Shown here: one piece after another, positions 1 through 10,206 of the stretch | Layout: each line of letters starts with the position of its first letter | How positions within the stretch are numbered: the stretch's first letter is position 1 | Origin: a virus | Lineage: Duplodnaviria; Heunggongvirae; Uroviricota; Caudoviricetes | Strand: one strand, 5' to 3' | Length of the DNA stretch: 64,000 bases | Virus record (IMG/VR): IMGVR_UViG_2939127364_000001 | Notes under the pieces: model-generated | Databases searched by the model: none | What the model was told of the DNA's origin: nothing | Seen by the model: the letters and a program-made list of their open reading frames with translations, nothing else | Made by a program: the position numbers and the translations under genes

Positions 1-680
1 ACCCATGTATCGTTATAGAGATACTGGCTACTGTTATCATCGGTAATACGGACCACACGAACCTTGTATGCGCGTCCAGGCTTAGGCAGCTTCAGCTCGT
101 AGCTACGGTAATAAACGCCGGTCTTCTTTGCTGTTAGCTTAATGCCAACGCTTTTTTCACCTTCCGCGACCACATCTACAAATGTTGAGTCGCCATTTGC
201 TATCTGGAACTTGTACTCAACAGTCGTACCGTTCGTGTCACCAGTTTTTTTATCTATGCTTCGCAAAGAAGGAAACTTCATGATGACACGAACCCGATCA
301 GCTTCATCGTTATCGATTGAAACCGTTACATAATGTGTTTTTTTTAACTGGATATTGACGGATTTAGGCGTTTCAACGAAATCAAAGCCAGACATTGGAG
401 TCTGGTCTTGTGAACCGTCGCGAAAATCCCATGTGATTCCGCTGAAGTTGGAGGAACCGTCTTCATTTACAATCGGCAGATCGTCGATAAAAATAGATCT
501 TGCGCCATTTACTAAGCCGCCAATTACCCCTTCCCCAAGAAGATCGAGGATAGCGGCCATTGCACGAGAATTTACGGTATCGTCGGCTTCAACCGGTGTA
601 CGGCTGGAGCTTTTGCTGCTTTTTTTACCACCCGCACCGGCAATAAACAGCGGTAGCTTTTTCTTCTTGAACTGTTCCAT
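1..680 (-). CDS. Tail tip / host-specificity protein J-like, 5' part only (gene runs off the window start)
   Basis: ATG at 678-680 preceded by AAGGA; N-terminus MEQFKKKKLPLFIAGAGGKKSS...RTPVEADDTV; lies directly downstream of the I-like gene as in the lambda I-J order. Absent from ORF track because truncated. Confidence 0.5.
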   Translation of the reverse strand, partial: MEQFKKKKLPLFIAGAGGKKSSKSSSRTPVEADDTVNSRAMAAILDLLGEGVIGGLVNGARSIFIDDLPIVNEDGSSNFSGITWDFRDGSQDQTPMSGFDFVETPKSVNIQLKKTHYVTVSIDNDEADRVRVIMKFPSLRSIDKKTGDTNGTTVEYKFQIANGDSTFVDVVAEGEKSVGIKLTAKKTGVYYRSYELKLPKPGRAYKVRVVRITDDNSSQYLYNDTW

Positions 681-697
681 GTTCAAAAAATCCTTGT

Positions 698-1291
698 TTA
701 CATTAGCTGGTCAATCGTGATTGAAGAACTCACAACCTGTGAGCCAACCAGAATTTCCTCGCCATAGATAAGTTGTACTGGGTTGCCCTGGTTTTCTGTA
801 TTTTGAGGGCCGTCGAAATAATAAGAGTTCGAGTTATCTGCCTGTCTCACACTTTCGTTAGTGGCTTGCGGCGATATGATTTGTGATATGCCGCCCATCA
901 TCAGTGACAAACCGAGAGGTGCTAAAGCAGGCATCACTACCGCCGATACAACCAACAAAGCGGCCCCTACTACCGTCTGAAACCACCCAAAAGCAGATCC
1001 ACCGCTTCCTCGCGGAACAGGTGTAATGCGGATTTTGGCAATGTTGTCAGACTGCCCCATCATCTGATATTCACTTTCGTCAACAGACCACTTGTGGCCC
1101 TGTTTATTGGTGATCTGGATGTGGTAACGGTCATAGGTTTTGATATTGCGCTTCATCCATGCTTTAAACCCAGGCTTGTTGGCCTCAATTAAATCCAGAG
1201 CCTGTTTTGTATTGCGCACCTTTAGATGCCAGTGGCGGCCAAAATGTTTGGCCATAGGGCCGCCAAGCTGCACATGAACTAACTCAGACAC
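698..1291 (-). CDS. Tail assembly protein I-like
   Basis: Hydrophobic central segment and C-terminal PVQLIYGEEILVGSQVVSS resembling lambda gpI (PVLYGEMRVGSRVVSQ); K-I-J synteny. Confidence 0.65.
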   Translation of the reverse strand: MSELVHVQLGGPMAKHFGRHWHLKVRNTKQALDLIEANKPGFKAWMKRNIKTYDRYHIQITNKQGHKWSVDESEYQMMGQSDNIAKIRITPVPRGSGGSAFGWFQTVVGAALLVVSAVVMPALAPLGLSLMMGGISQIISPQATNESVRQADNSNSYYFDGPQNTENQGNPVQLIYGEEILVGSQVVSSSITIDQLM

Positions 1292-2103
1292 GTCTCATCT
1301 CCCTTGAGCAAGTCTCTGTGACGCAAGTGATGCGTCGTATGTTTCTGATACATTCCGCCGTAATAAGCACGACAACTAAGACGGTCGATCTGGTGATGAA
1401 GAATCATTCCATCGCCGATATAAACCGCGCAGTGATCTGGCATTTTCCCGTATTGAATAAAGAAGACGTCCCCACGTTGAGGCTCTGTTCCAGGCGCAAG
1501 CCGTACCAATCCTTCGTTTCGGTAGTTCTGGTCGAGAATGTCGTTATCGCCGGTGTACCACGATGGAATATGCAGGTGTGCGTTCGGGTTTAGTTCGACG
1601 TTAAACTCACGCTTCAAATAGTCCCGACACAACATCCAGCAATCGAATACGCCAAATACATACGGTCTGCCCAGGTATGGCATTTCGAAACCATCAGGTG
1701 TGATCACATTCATCTCGCTAAAATGGAAAGGGGCATCTCCCTCAACATTCTTGCGAATAGCCAGAATCATCCACGGAACTTCCGTCGCTTCGCAGCCTGC
1801 ACGATCGGCATCAGATGCTTCTGCTGATTCATCAGTATGTGAATGCCAGATTGCGATAACATCACCCGCATCCTCTGCCGCCATAATGTCGTCAACGTGC
1901 ATTACAAAAGTGTTCTGCGGGTTCTCCGAAACATTCCGCGCTTCCATAAAGCGATATTTGTCGCCATTAGTTCTAACCAGAAAGCCACACGCTTCATTAG
2001 GGTAGCGATTTATGGCGCAGAGATAGATTTGCTGCATAACGTCAGAGCCAAGCTCAGGGATTGCTTTATTACCCATACCGCGTAGCTCCAATAAATCCGC
2101 CAA
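1279..2103 (-). CDS. Tail assembly protein K-like (JAB/MPN + NlpC/P60-type domains)
   Basis: HSHTDESAEASDAD JAMM-like motif; Cys/His-containing C-terminal half; L-K-I synteny. Start may be internal. Confidence 0.65.
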   Translation of the reverse strand: MADLLELRGMGNKAIPELGSDVMQQIYLCAINRYPNEACGFLVRTNGDKYRFMEARNVSENPQNTFVMHVDDIMAAEDAGDVIAIWHSHTDESAEASDADRAGCEATEVPWMILAIRKNVEGDAPFHFSEMNVITPDGFEMPYLGRPYVFGVFDCWMLCRDYLKREFNVELNPNAHLHIPSWYTGDNDILDQNYRNEGLVRLAPGTEPQRGDVFFIQYGKMPDHCAVYIGDGMILHHQIDRLSCRAYYGGMYQKHTTHHLRHRDLLKGDETCLS

Positions 2104-2800
2104 AATGGATCACACCGTCGGCAAAATAATTCCGACGCGCATTACAGGCGTCATAACGTTTTGTGCAGTAATCCGCACCAGACATAGACGTCTGCTGGTT
2201 ATTTTTGTCGAAATATGGACCGGTATAGCCGCATTCTGGCCCTCGGTATTTCCACGGGCAGGTGTTTTTAATGATCTGACGATACGGCAGTTGCACCCCC
2301 ATCAAATCGAACACACTGGACAATTCAAACTCGACAACCTGATGAGTTTCGAGAGTTTTCTGTTCGATAAACCACATTTCATCCGGGAAATGTTGGTTTG
2401 GATCTGCTGTTGGGTTGCCGTCTTTAAAATTAACGGCATCGAGGAAGCGAGCCAGCGTCATCTTGCGAATAATGCGGCAGCCAACAAGATCGTCGTTTGC
2501 CTGAACTTCCGCAGAGACAGTTCCGGCAAAGTTCGATACCTGAATTTTTGGACGTGGCAACGTTCCCTGGCCAGTTTTGTCAAAGCCTGATGCTTTGATT
2601 GGCCACGGCTCGTATGTCACTCCTTGCCAGACGACCGGTTGCATCAGTTCGTTTGTTCCGGCGTGGAAGAATAGCTTCCCCCCTGAAGTTGTGTTCGACA
2701 TATCCAGTACGAACAACTCAATGAGTGCAGAGGGAGATAAGCTCTGAATATCAGCTTTAATTCCCATTGTTTCATCCTTGAAATAAGTAGGCGCTAACAT
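2069..2800 (-). CDS. Minor tail protein L-like
   Basis: WQGVTYEPWPIKASGF...ARFLDAVNF...CPWKYRGPECGY parallels lambda gpL (WQGRQYQPYPIQGSGF...ARFLDAVNF...CTWTYRGDECGY). Confidence 0.8.
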   Translation of the reverse strand: MLAPTYFKDETMGIKADIQSLSPSALIELFVLDMSNTTSGGKLFFHAGTNELMQPVVWQGVTYEPWPIKASGFDKTGQGTLPRPKIQVSNFAGTVSAEVQANDDLVGCRIIRKMTLARFLDAVNFKDGNPTADPNQHFPDEMWFIEQKTLETHQVVEFELSSVFDLMGVQLPYRQIIKNTCPWKYRGPECGYTGPYFDKNNQQTSMSGADYCTKRYDACNARRNYFADGVIHFGGFIGATRYG

Positions 2801-2849
2801 CCTGTCAGCGCCACAATGATAGTAAATTAGTACTTACTTATCTAGATAC

Positions 2850-3185
2850 TTAAGCCTCAAATACTTGTCTGAATGTAGCTGTTAAGACACAGTACCCCTG
2901 ATATCGCTTGACCGTATGACTGTCACATACAACTACAATCCGTTTTCCTCTTGGATTAACCCAATAGAACGACTCAACGCCTGCTCGCTCAGTCAGGAAG
3001 TCATCGATTGCATTAATTTCGTTGTATGATCTGGTAAAGGTTAACGACCATTCTTCTTTAATACGATTAAGACCTTGAGCCTGTCGCTGCTCGTAGTCAT
3101 CACCAAAATTAAGTACCGTTACATTCGGTTTTACGCTTTTTTCAGATTCGTAATCTGGATACCAATTAAACGTTTGTCTTTCCAT
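2850..3185 (-). CDS. Minor tail protein M-like
   Basis: 111 aa ORF between tape measure and L, same size and position as lambda gpM. Confidence 0.6.
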   Translation of the reverse strand: MERQTFNWYPDYESEKSVKPNVTVLNFGDDYEQRQAQGLNRIKEEWSLTFTRSYNEINAIDDFLTERAGVESFYWVNPRGKRIVVVCDSHTVKRYQGYCVLTATFRQVFEA

Positions 3186-3227
3186 CTCACATCCTTGTGA
3201 GACTGCCCCGGTCGGGGCAGTCGATAG

Positions 3228-6200
3228 TTAGTTACGTTGAGTGTTTGGGTTGAGTGATCCGCCAGGGCGTTTCTCTTGAGCGATAGTCTCAAGCGCGATT
3301 GCTTTCATCCGTTGAGCGGCATTGTTCCATATGCTTTCTGTATCGCCGGATTCAGTTGTGCTACCGTCACTATGGACGTTGATCTCAATTGATACCGGAG
3401 AAAGAACATTTCCTCCTCCACTCATACCATCGGTACTGAGCGTTACAGGGATTGTTCGACCATCAGGCAATGGAACATACGCCTCATTCATATCGCCTTC
3501 CCCAAACAACGCCAATTGAGGTGAGTTGGCGATACCGCCTTTCTGGTATGCCCGGAGCGGGATCACGCCGTCTTTTCCGAATATGCCACCATTTGCAAAC
3601 TTCGGAATTGCAGGAATACCATTCGTGCCATCGGCAGCAGAACTGGTCAGATTGTTGAACCCGGAAGTTGAGCCAGAAGAACCGGACATCAATCCATCGA
3701 ATCCACCACCAGCCCATACTGAAACCAAACCAGATGCAACTGTTGCGCCGAAATTCAACCACTTATTACCAGAGCCGGAAGCATTAGCTCCAAGCATTGC
3801 AAACGCGGCAGACAGCGCGCCGGTAACAGAACTGAGGTTCTGCATCGAGAAGATGGAGTCCTTCACGGCTTTTGTCTCGGCATCTTTGGCTTCAGTGCTA
3901 TCAAATAGCCCTGATACCCAGCTACCAATCGCATTTGTTGCAGTGCCAATTGCGCTGGTGGTCTGCTGTGTTGTTTGCCCCAATCCAGTTACCGAACTGG
4001 ACGTCTCCTTCGTGGCTTCTCCTACCGACTTGTCGCCATTAACAGTGTTGCTTATGCGCACACCTTGATTGGCAACGGCGGAAGCAACCCCGGTGAGCAA
4101 ATTACCACTCTGTGAACTACCAGCTGCGGTGGTTCCCATCCCCAACATGTTCATTAGAGGCAGCGTGATCTGCGACTTCACGACCATATTGGTGATATCT
4201 TTCAAAATGGACTGAGACAGGCTGGAGAAGCTCATCTTCCCGTTAATAACGAAATCAGTCAGGACATCAGTTAAGCCACTAAACAAATCAGTCCAGGTGC
4301 TTTCGATCTGCTCTGCCAGGTTTTCGTATTCCAGTGCCAACTTCTGCGTCGCAGTCCCCGTCTCTTTAATAAGCGCGGTATTGCCAGCAGCAATAAGTTG
4401 ATTGATCTTTTTATCGAACAACTCAATCTGGCTTTGTGAGGCTGTGCCTGACTCAATCGCAGCTTTACGTAAATCCATCAACGCTTTAAGGTTGCGATTA
4501 TAGGTTTCTTCGAAATCAGCAACTTTCTCTTCACGAGACGGCGTATAGCCAGCACTAATAATGGAATCCGCCTCCGGTGCCCAAGTGGAGATCATCTGCT
4601 CAACATTGCGGCGATTAAACATCTCGCGATATTCAGGTGTCGCATTTTTGAGGTCTTCAAGACGTTTTTTCGCCTTGTCGATCATCTCTTGAGTGATGAA
4701 CTCGTTAGGAACCGCATTAGCCAAATCTGTCAGCGATTTCGTTGTATCGCGAAGAGACTGATCAAACGATACCGTAGCCTTAGAGCTTTCACCCATTTGC
4801 CCCATAAGCTGATCGGCTTTGTCCAGAGCCTTCTGATATCCGGCCGCCAGTTTCTGTTGCGCTGCCTGTTCTTTCTTTGCTGCTCTCTCGGCTGCTTTTG
4901 CGGTACGGTTTGCTGCCTTATCTGCTGCTTCTGCATCAAGTTCACGAGCTTTTGTCAGAGTCTTAATTACTGCGATGCGGTCATTTTCTGACAACTGCTC
5001 TAATTTCACATCACCGTAAATTTTCTTCTGTCTTAATTGCTCCTTGAGTTGTCGAGGCCCAACAACAGGTTGACCTTGTAAGTCGTATAATGCGGTACCA
5101 TCGAGATTGACTCTTTGATACCTTTTAGAGTCCATCTGCTGTTTCCAAAAACCAGTCATAGTTTTGGAATTAGCATCAACTGGTGTGCTTGAAAACTCAC
5201 CAATTTTACCGCCATTAATAGAAACCAAGCCGTCCCCAGCTTTCACGCTAAGACTGATTTCAAGGTTCTCCATCCCCTCTTTTACAATCTTCAAAGCCTC
5301 GGTGGTGGCGTCTATCTTTGTCTGGGCTTCTTTTTGCCCCTGCATATCGTTCGACTCTTGGGTCTTTTTGAGCTCTTCAGAGTATGTGGCGAGTTCACCA
5401 AGCCCCTTCTCATAACGAGCTTTATACCCTTTGAGTTTTTGCTCGTCGGCCTGGGCGTACAAACGTCCAAGTTCTGCGTTGTTTTCTGCCCTTAATTTGC
5501 TTTTTTCGTGGTCGGACAAGTCCGACCGCGCGGCAATTTTCTCATTGCTTTTGGTGAGTCTTTCTATCTCTTTGGCGACTGAGGCTATTAATGCATTCCC
5601 TTTCTGGTTGACCGCATCAATATCCTCTCTATATTTCTTAGTAATGCTTTGTTTGATGGTTTCGGCTATGCCGCCATCAAGAGCTTTGGCGACTTCCTCT
5701 CTTTCTTTTCGCGCTTTTTCCAGTTTCTTTTTGCTGTCGTCAACATCGACACCAACTTCGTACGGTCCCGTGTATGCTGAAAAATGCAAGGTTTTGCCAG
5801 TCTCGACTTCTTTTTCCAGTCTGGAGATCTCTCGATCTTTCTTGCTCAGTTCGCTTTCCAGCATCGCGCGATCTGCCTGCGTCATCGCTTCAGGGATTTC
5901 TCTGACTTTGTTTACAACGTCTTCGACTTTCTTCCTCAGACTGCTCATGTGCCAGATCAGCGTCGAAACCGCCGTTACCGCAGCAGTAAAGAAGAACCCT
6001 ATAGGGTTTGCAGCCATGAACGCAGTCAAGCCAGCAAATGCATTGCGAATAGCAAAAATCAATGCAGGGATGGTAGATAGTCCCATGCGTGAGGCTCGAT
6101 TGAAGCGTTTAACGGCTGTCGTCGCAAGATCAAATGTCCCCTGTATTGTGGTGGATACCGTAGCAAAGGTGCTGATCATGCTATTAGCAGTGCCAATGAC

Positions 6201-7811
6201 ACCAGAAATCCCCGATTTGAGGAGTCTGAAGGCCATCGTGACAGCGACGGCTTTGCCGAAAGTGACAACAAGCTCCTGGTTTTTAATCAGCCATTTCGCC
6301 AGGTCACGCAAACCATCAATAGCCGTCGTCAATCCGCTTCCCAACGAGTGAGCAAAAGATGTACCCTCTGCGCTATTCATCAGGGAGGTGAGTTCTTTCA
6401 TTCCCTCTCTTAAAGAAGACAAATAACCAGTCTGGCCTACTTTGTCCGCGAACAGCGTAAAGGCTGTCTTCATTTGCGCCAACGTACCGGTAAATGTGTT
6501 CATCATTTCGGACGCAGCTCCCTCGTTCTGCATCTTCAACTCTTTGAACATAAGTGCCAGTGCGTTTTTGGCTTCTACCGTTCCAGATGCTACAGCTTTA
6601 GTTAACTCGCCCATTGTCAGACCAGCAGCCTTGGCCATTGCGTTCATTGCTGTCGGAATCGCCTCACCTAATTGCTGGCGAAGCTCTTCCATCGATACAA
6701 CACCCTTACCAGACATCTGCTGAACAGCAATGGATGCACGCTTCAGAAGTTCGCTATCACCACCAAAACGAGCAACGGAGTCCACCAGCGCCTTCAGAGA
6801 ACCATCGGTTGGATCTAAGCCAGCAGAACGAAACTTCACGAAGGAGTCTGTTAACGCCTGCATCGCGAACGGCGCATTTTGAGCCATGTCTACGATGTAC
6901 TTCATATCATCAGCGGCAGCCTGGCCCGGGTTGGACTTCTCCTTATTCAACCCTCGAAGCATCACCCGCATACGTTCCATTTCGGCCGCAGCTTCAACAA
7001 TAGGCTTCTGCCACCCAAACATGATGTCAGTAACCGTTCTGGCTGCATCTCCGATCTCGCCAAGCAGGAAAATGTTGCCACGAAGGCCAGAGAACATACC
7101 TCCTTCGTTACTTTTACCGCTATGGCCAGAAGCGCCGCTACGCCGCCCGCTACCACCATCGCCACTTCCAGATGTACGAACGCGTACCGGCTTGCTAATC
7201 AGTTGCTGACGTCCGATAACTTCGTCCATCTGCTCACGAACCTTTTTCAGTCCCTCGGCAGCCTGACTCGTTGTGACACCCCAATTACTGAGTCGCTTCG
7301 TCGTGGTATTAAGGCGCGTATTCATGCCACTCACGGACGCAGAGGCTTCTTTGACCTCCGTACCAAAGCGGCTTGCGCTTTTGCTTGCATAGGTCGCCCA
7401 ATCAGAGAAATCATTTAGCTCTGATTGCACTTTACGTAATGACGCGGTGAGTTTATCTACTGAAGAAGTTGTCGTATCGACGCGCTCAATCAGGGCTTTA
7501 AGACCAGAATTGAGGCTGGTGATGTTGCCACGCATTTTACGCGTAGCATCTGAAGCAAGCTCAAAACCGGCAGCTACATCCTGTAGTTTATCTGCCGTAG
7601 AATCGAGCTTGCTTTCCAGAACGCCAATGATACGGGCGACCGAACCCAAAGAGCGTTCAAAGGTTTGGATTTTTTGAGCAGGCTTTGTTACCTGCTCACC
7701 AAATCGAGTAAGCAGTTTCCCCGCACGATCGATTGACGCTGTAAACTGTTTGTCTTCCAGCGACAGGATAAACTCTACGTTTTGTGACATTCCCTTGTCA
7801 TCCTCTGCCAA
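3228..7811 (-). CDS. Tail tape measure protein
   Basis: 1527 aa, Ala-rich and coiled-coil-like with hydrophobic segments; sits between the G/T chaperone genes and M-L-K-I. Confidence 0.85.
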   Translation of the reverse strand: MAEDDKGMSQNVEFILSLEDKQFTASIDRAGKLLTRFGEQVTKPAQKIQTFERSLGSVARIIGVLESKLDSTADKLQDVAAGFELASDATRKMRGNITSLNSGLKALIERVDTTTSSVDKLTASLRKVQSELNDFSDWATYASKSASRFGTEVKEASASVSGMNTRLNTTTKRLSNWGVTTSQAAEGLKKVREQMDEVIGRQQLISKPVRVRTSGSGDGGSGRRSGASGHSGKSNEGGMFSGLRGNIFLLGEIGDAARTVTDIMFGWQKPIVEAAAEMERMRVMLRGLNKEKSNPGQAAADDMKYIVDMAQNAPFAMQALTDSFVKFRSAGLDPTDGSLKALVDSVARFGGDSELLKRASIAVQQMSGKGVVSMEELRQQLGEAIPTAMNAMAKAAGLTMGELTKAVASGTVEAKNALALMFKELKMQNEGAASEMMNTFTGTLAQMKTAFTLFADKVGQTGYLSSLREGMKELTSLMNSAEGTSFAHSLGSGLTTAIDGLRDLAKWLIKNQELVVTFGKAVAVTMAFRLLKSGISGVIGTANSMISTFATVSTTIQGTFDLATTAVKRFNRASRMGLSTIPALIFAIRNAFAGLTAFMAANPIGFFFTAAVTAVSTLIWHMSSLRKKVEDVVNKVREIPEAMTQADRAMLESELSKKDREISRLEKEVETGKTLHFSAYTGPYEVGVDVDDSKKKLEKARKEREEVAKALDGGIAETIKQSITKKYREDIDAVNQKGNALIASVAKEIERLTKSNEKIAARSDLSDHEKSKLRAENNAELGRLYAQADEQKLKGYKARYEKGLGELATYSEELKKTQESNDMQGQKEAQTKIDATTEALKIVKEGMENLEISLSVKAGDGLVSINGGKIGEFSSTPVDANSKTMTGFWKQQMDSKRYQRVNLDGTALYDLQGQPVVGPRQLKEQLRQKKIYGDVKLEQLSENDRIAVIKTLTKARELDAEAADKAANRTAKAAERAAKKEQAAQQKLAAGYQKALDKADQLMGQMGESSKATVSFDQSLRDTTKSLTDLANAVPNEFITQEMIDKAKKRLEDLKNATPEYREMFNRRNVEQMISTWAPEADSIISAGYTPSREEKVADFEETYNRNLKALMDLRKAAIESGTASQSQIELFDKKINQLIAAGNTALIKETGTATQKLALEYENLAEQIESTWTDLFSGLTDVLTDFVINGKMSFSSLSQSILKDITNMVVKSQITLPLMNMLGMGTTAAGSSQSGNLLTGVASAVANQGVRISNTVNGDKSVGEATKETSSSVTGLGQTTQQTTSAIGTATNAIGSWVSGLFDSTEAKDAETKAVKDSIFSMQNLSSVTGALSAAFAMLGANASGSGNKWLNFGATVASGLVSVWAGGGFDGLMSGSSGSTSGFNNLTSSAADGTNGIPAIPKFANGGIFGKDGVIPLRAYQKGGIANSPQLALFGEGDMNEAYVPLPDGRTIPVTLSTDGMSGGGNVLSPVSIEINVHSDGSTTESGDTESIWNNAAQRMKAIALETIAQEKRPGGSLNPNTQRN

Positions 7812-8067
7812 ATATTTGCATCAGTTGCTCTTTGGCGTCAGGGTCTGCCTTATCCTGGCTTGGATCGTAGACTTTATCTGTTACGACTGGTCTTCCAATC
7901 CTGAGTTGCAAACCCTCCATGAACGCCTTCACAGCCTCGCCATCCGCCTGGGACGCACGAGCGACTTGTAAGTTGCGGACATCCTCTTCCGCACGCAGAC
8001 GGTCTATATTGCGACTGAGCATCCAGAACATCGTGAGAGGAACGTTCAGTAGCTCTAATGGCGACAC
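7798..8067 (-). CDS. Tail assembly chaperone T-like frame (probably made as a G-T fusion by -1 frameshift)
   Basis: Frame is -1 relative to G and stays open upstream of the listed GTG start through the 3' end of G (translated by hand). Confidence 0.45.
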   Translation of the reverse strand: MSPLELLNVPLTMFWMLSRNIDRLRAEEDVRNLQVARASQADGEAVKAFMEGLQLRIGRPVVTDKVYDPSQDKADPDAKEQLMQIFGRG

Positions 8068-8147
8068 GGCGTAGTGAGCAACTACACGACTGAAATAGAA
8101 TCCGAGATCTATTGAGACGGTCCTTGTCCCGGATTCATCGCGGGAAA

Positions 8148-8465
8148 TTACTTTGCCCCTTCGCCAGCCGCTTTTTCGTTTTCTTCATCAATCACTTCCA
8201 TAGCGAAGGTGAAGATCTGCTGGAGTTGCGGAACAGTCAGTTTTTCAAGAACTTCGTCAGGTACTGAAGGGATAACCTTACGAACCAGATCTGCATAAGC
8301 TGTCACTTGCTCAACAGGAGACATGTTCATGAGATCTTTGCCTTCCATCTGCTTGATGGAAACAAAGAGGCCGACGGTCATTTCAACGATGGGATATTCT
8401 TTGCCACCAAATTTGATGCTTTTTTTCGGCGGCAGAATGGAGTCGAGATCGAGTAATTTGGTCAT
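8148..8465 (-). CDS. Tail assembly chaperone G-like
   Basis: 105 aa acidic ORF directly upstream of the tape measure gene, overlapped at its 3' end by the open -1 frame. Confidence 0.55.
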   Translation of the reverse strand: MTKLLDLDSILPPKKSIKFGGKEYPIVEMTVGLFVSIKQMEGKDLMNMSPVEQVTAYADLVRKVIPSVPDEVLEKLTVPQLQQIFTFAMEVIDEENEKAAGEGAK

Positions 8466-8526
8466 GGTTTAAATCCTTTTAAACTCATACAGAGGCCCAT
8501 CCATGGGCCTCTTGGGTTATCACAAT

Positions 8527-9273
8527 TTAGCTTGCGGCAGTTACAGAGACGGCTTTGGTCGCCTTCTTGGCACCGTCATTAGTTGTGAAGGTGATATTGG
8601 CTGAACCGACAGCTTTACCAGTTACCAGTCCGTTCTGATCTACGGTCGCTTTATCAGTCGCATCAGAGCTCCACACGCCAGTCTTATTGGTTGCATCGGC
8701 CGGGGTGAAGGTTGCGCTCAATTGAACTTTAGTGCCCACTTTTACGGTCGGTGAAGACGGGGTCAGCGTGACGCTCTCAACCGGCTTTGGGAGGCTCATT
8801 TTCCCCAACACGCCAGCGTCGTCCGGGTAAGCGGAAAACTCAACTGAGAACACGCGAACGTCGTCAGACTGGTAGGTCATGGTGAAGTTACCCGCGGTTG
8901 CTGCTTTAGGGATGGTCAGAACATAATCCGTCGCATCCTGCGGGGTCAGCACCAACTCTTTCGCAACGTCGATCAGGTTCACTCCCTGCGCAGACGTGAT
9001 GGTTACGGTATCTTCGCCAGAACTCAGCGTGGAACCTGGCATCAGATCGACCATGTTTTTCAACACGGATTCAGCCAGCGGCGCAGTAATGGTGATGTTG
9101 CGGCCCTGGATCAGCTCGGAGATCGTGGTCTGGCCCAGCTGGTCTACGGTCACTTTCAGCGTTTCGGTTGCGATTTCAACCTGAACACCACCTTTGGTGT
9201 AACCCAAATCCACACCACCAAACGACACCTTACAGGCACCAAGTTTGATGTTTTTTACATGGGTATTAGACAT
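8527..9273 (-). CDS. Major tail protein V-like with C-terminal Ig-like (Big_2) domain
   Basis: AAGGAG RBS before ATG at 9273 (MSNTHVKN...); C-terminal VTLTPSSPTVKVGTKVQLSATF...VWSSDATDKATVDQNGLVTGKAVGSANITF is Big_2-like as in lambda gpV. Confidence 0.7.
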   Translation of the reverse strand: MSNTHVKNIKLGACKVSFGGVDLGYTKGGVQVEIATETLKVTVDQLGQTTISELIQGRNITITAPLAESVLKNMVDLMPGSTLSSGEDTVTITSAQGVNLIDVAKELVLTPQDATDYVLTIPKAATAGNFTMTYQSDDVRVFSVEFSAYPDDAGVLGKMSLPKPVESVTLTPSSPTVKVGTKVQLSATFTPADATNKTGVWSSDATDKATVDQNGLVTGKAVGSANITFTTNDGAKKATKAVSVTAAS

Positions 9274-9347
9274 TGATGGAAAACTCCTTTTTCCGTTAAT
9301 TCTACGCATTCATTGCGCTAATAGTAAGTATATACTTACCAATTGAG

Positions 9348-9704
9348 TTAATTCAATAAGTAGCCAGCAAATTCAACAGGAATGCCTGCTTCTATTAATG
9401 CCCCATCATTTTTGGGATAAATGATTGGCATCGCCATCGGTCGTACAAGTCGAAAATACACACCACCAGATTCCGTTTCCTCTACTGGAAACATCTCAAT
9501 GATTTTATTGGCTTTCTCAACCGTCGTAGTAATTGACGAACCACGCACAATGATTGTGAATGATTCGTGATAAAAGCCCTGTAGCTCATGATCGATGCTG
9601 ATGCCGGTATTTGGATTAATAAGCAGGACGCCAGATTTCACATTGGCAGGCAAGTAGTGACAGAAAATGTCAGTCCCGACCGTGCCAATCTTTGCCTTCT
9701 GCAT
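9348..9704 (-). CDS. Tail terminator U-like (start uncertain)
   Basis: Position between Z-like and V-like genes; track ORF extends to 9854 but that would overlap the upstream gene by 120 nt, so the internal ATG at 9704 is preferred. Confidence 0.35.
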   Translation of the reverse strand: MQKAKIGTVGTDIFCHYLPANVKSGVLLINPNTGISIDHELQGFYHESFTIIVRGSSITTTVEKANKIIEMFPVEETESGGVYFRLVRPMAMPIIYPKNDGALIEAGIPVEFAGYLLN

Positions 9705-9732
9705 CAAACTTGCAAACGCTTCAATAAACACA

Positions 9733-10206
9733 TTAACCTCTCGTAAATCCGGCTTTTCTGGCAGCCTCAAGAATCGCTTCTGAGAACTGCTTCTCGCTAA
9801 TTTCCACCGCTCTTTCCAGAAAGTGTGGCCCAACACGGGGTTTAACACCGGCAATTGGTGGGTTTGTCACGTTCTTCATTCGAGAAAGATAACCGAGTCG
9901 GTATTTACCCAGCTCCATGTACTTAGCATAGTCACCTACTTCTACACCCGGATGCCCCTGACGTGGTTTTGCTCCAGACACAGAAAGCTCAATGCGCAGC
10001 CCTGAATAACCTTCTTTAATCACCCTGGCAAAGATAGCTGTCTCCAGAGATCCGGTTTCCAGCGGGGCCATTGCACGGCTGAGGCGCTCAACCAAACGCG
10101 CCAGCTTTTCCATGTCCCGAATAAGATATCGCTTAAATGCTTTCTGGCTGTTGTTGAGTCTATTCCCCGCACGTTTGAACTGATGCGCATCGTATTTCAG
10201 ACCCAT
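9733..10206 (-). CDS. Tail completion protein (Z / HK97 gp10-like)
   Basis: 157 aa ORF in the position of lambda Z; assignment by synteny only. Confidence 0.4.
   Translation of the reverse strand: MGLKYDAHQFKRAGNRLNNSQKAFKRYLIRDMEKLARLVERLSRAMAPLETGSLETAIFARVIKEGYSGLRIELSVSGAKPRQGHPGVEVGDYAKYMELGKYRLGYLSRMKNVTNPPIAGVKPRVGPHFLERAVEISEKQFSEAILEAARKAGFTRG

Noticed and set aside
5431-6351. 306-aa plus-strand ORF, and other plus-strand ORFs between 3.3 and 7.7 kb, inside the tape measure gene
   Set aside because: Ser/Leu-rich antisense translations of the Ala-rich tape measure coding strand.
9348-9854. Full-length track ORF for the U-like gene
   Set aside because: Would overlap the upstream Z-like gene by about 120 nt; the shorter model from ATG 9704 is preferred, though its RBS is weak.
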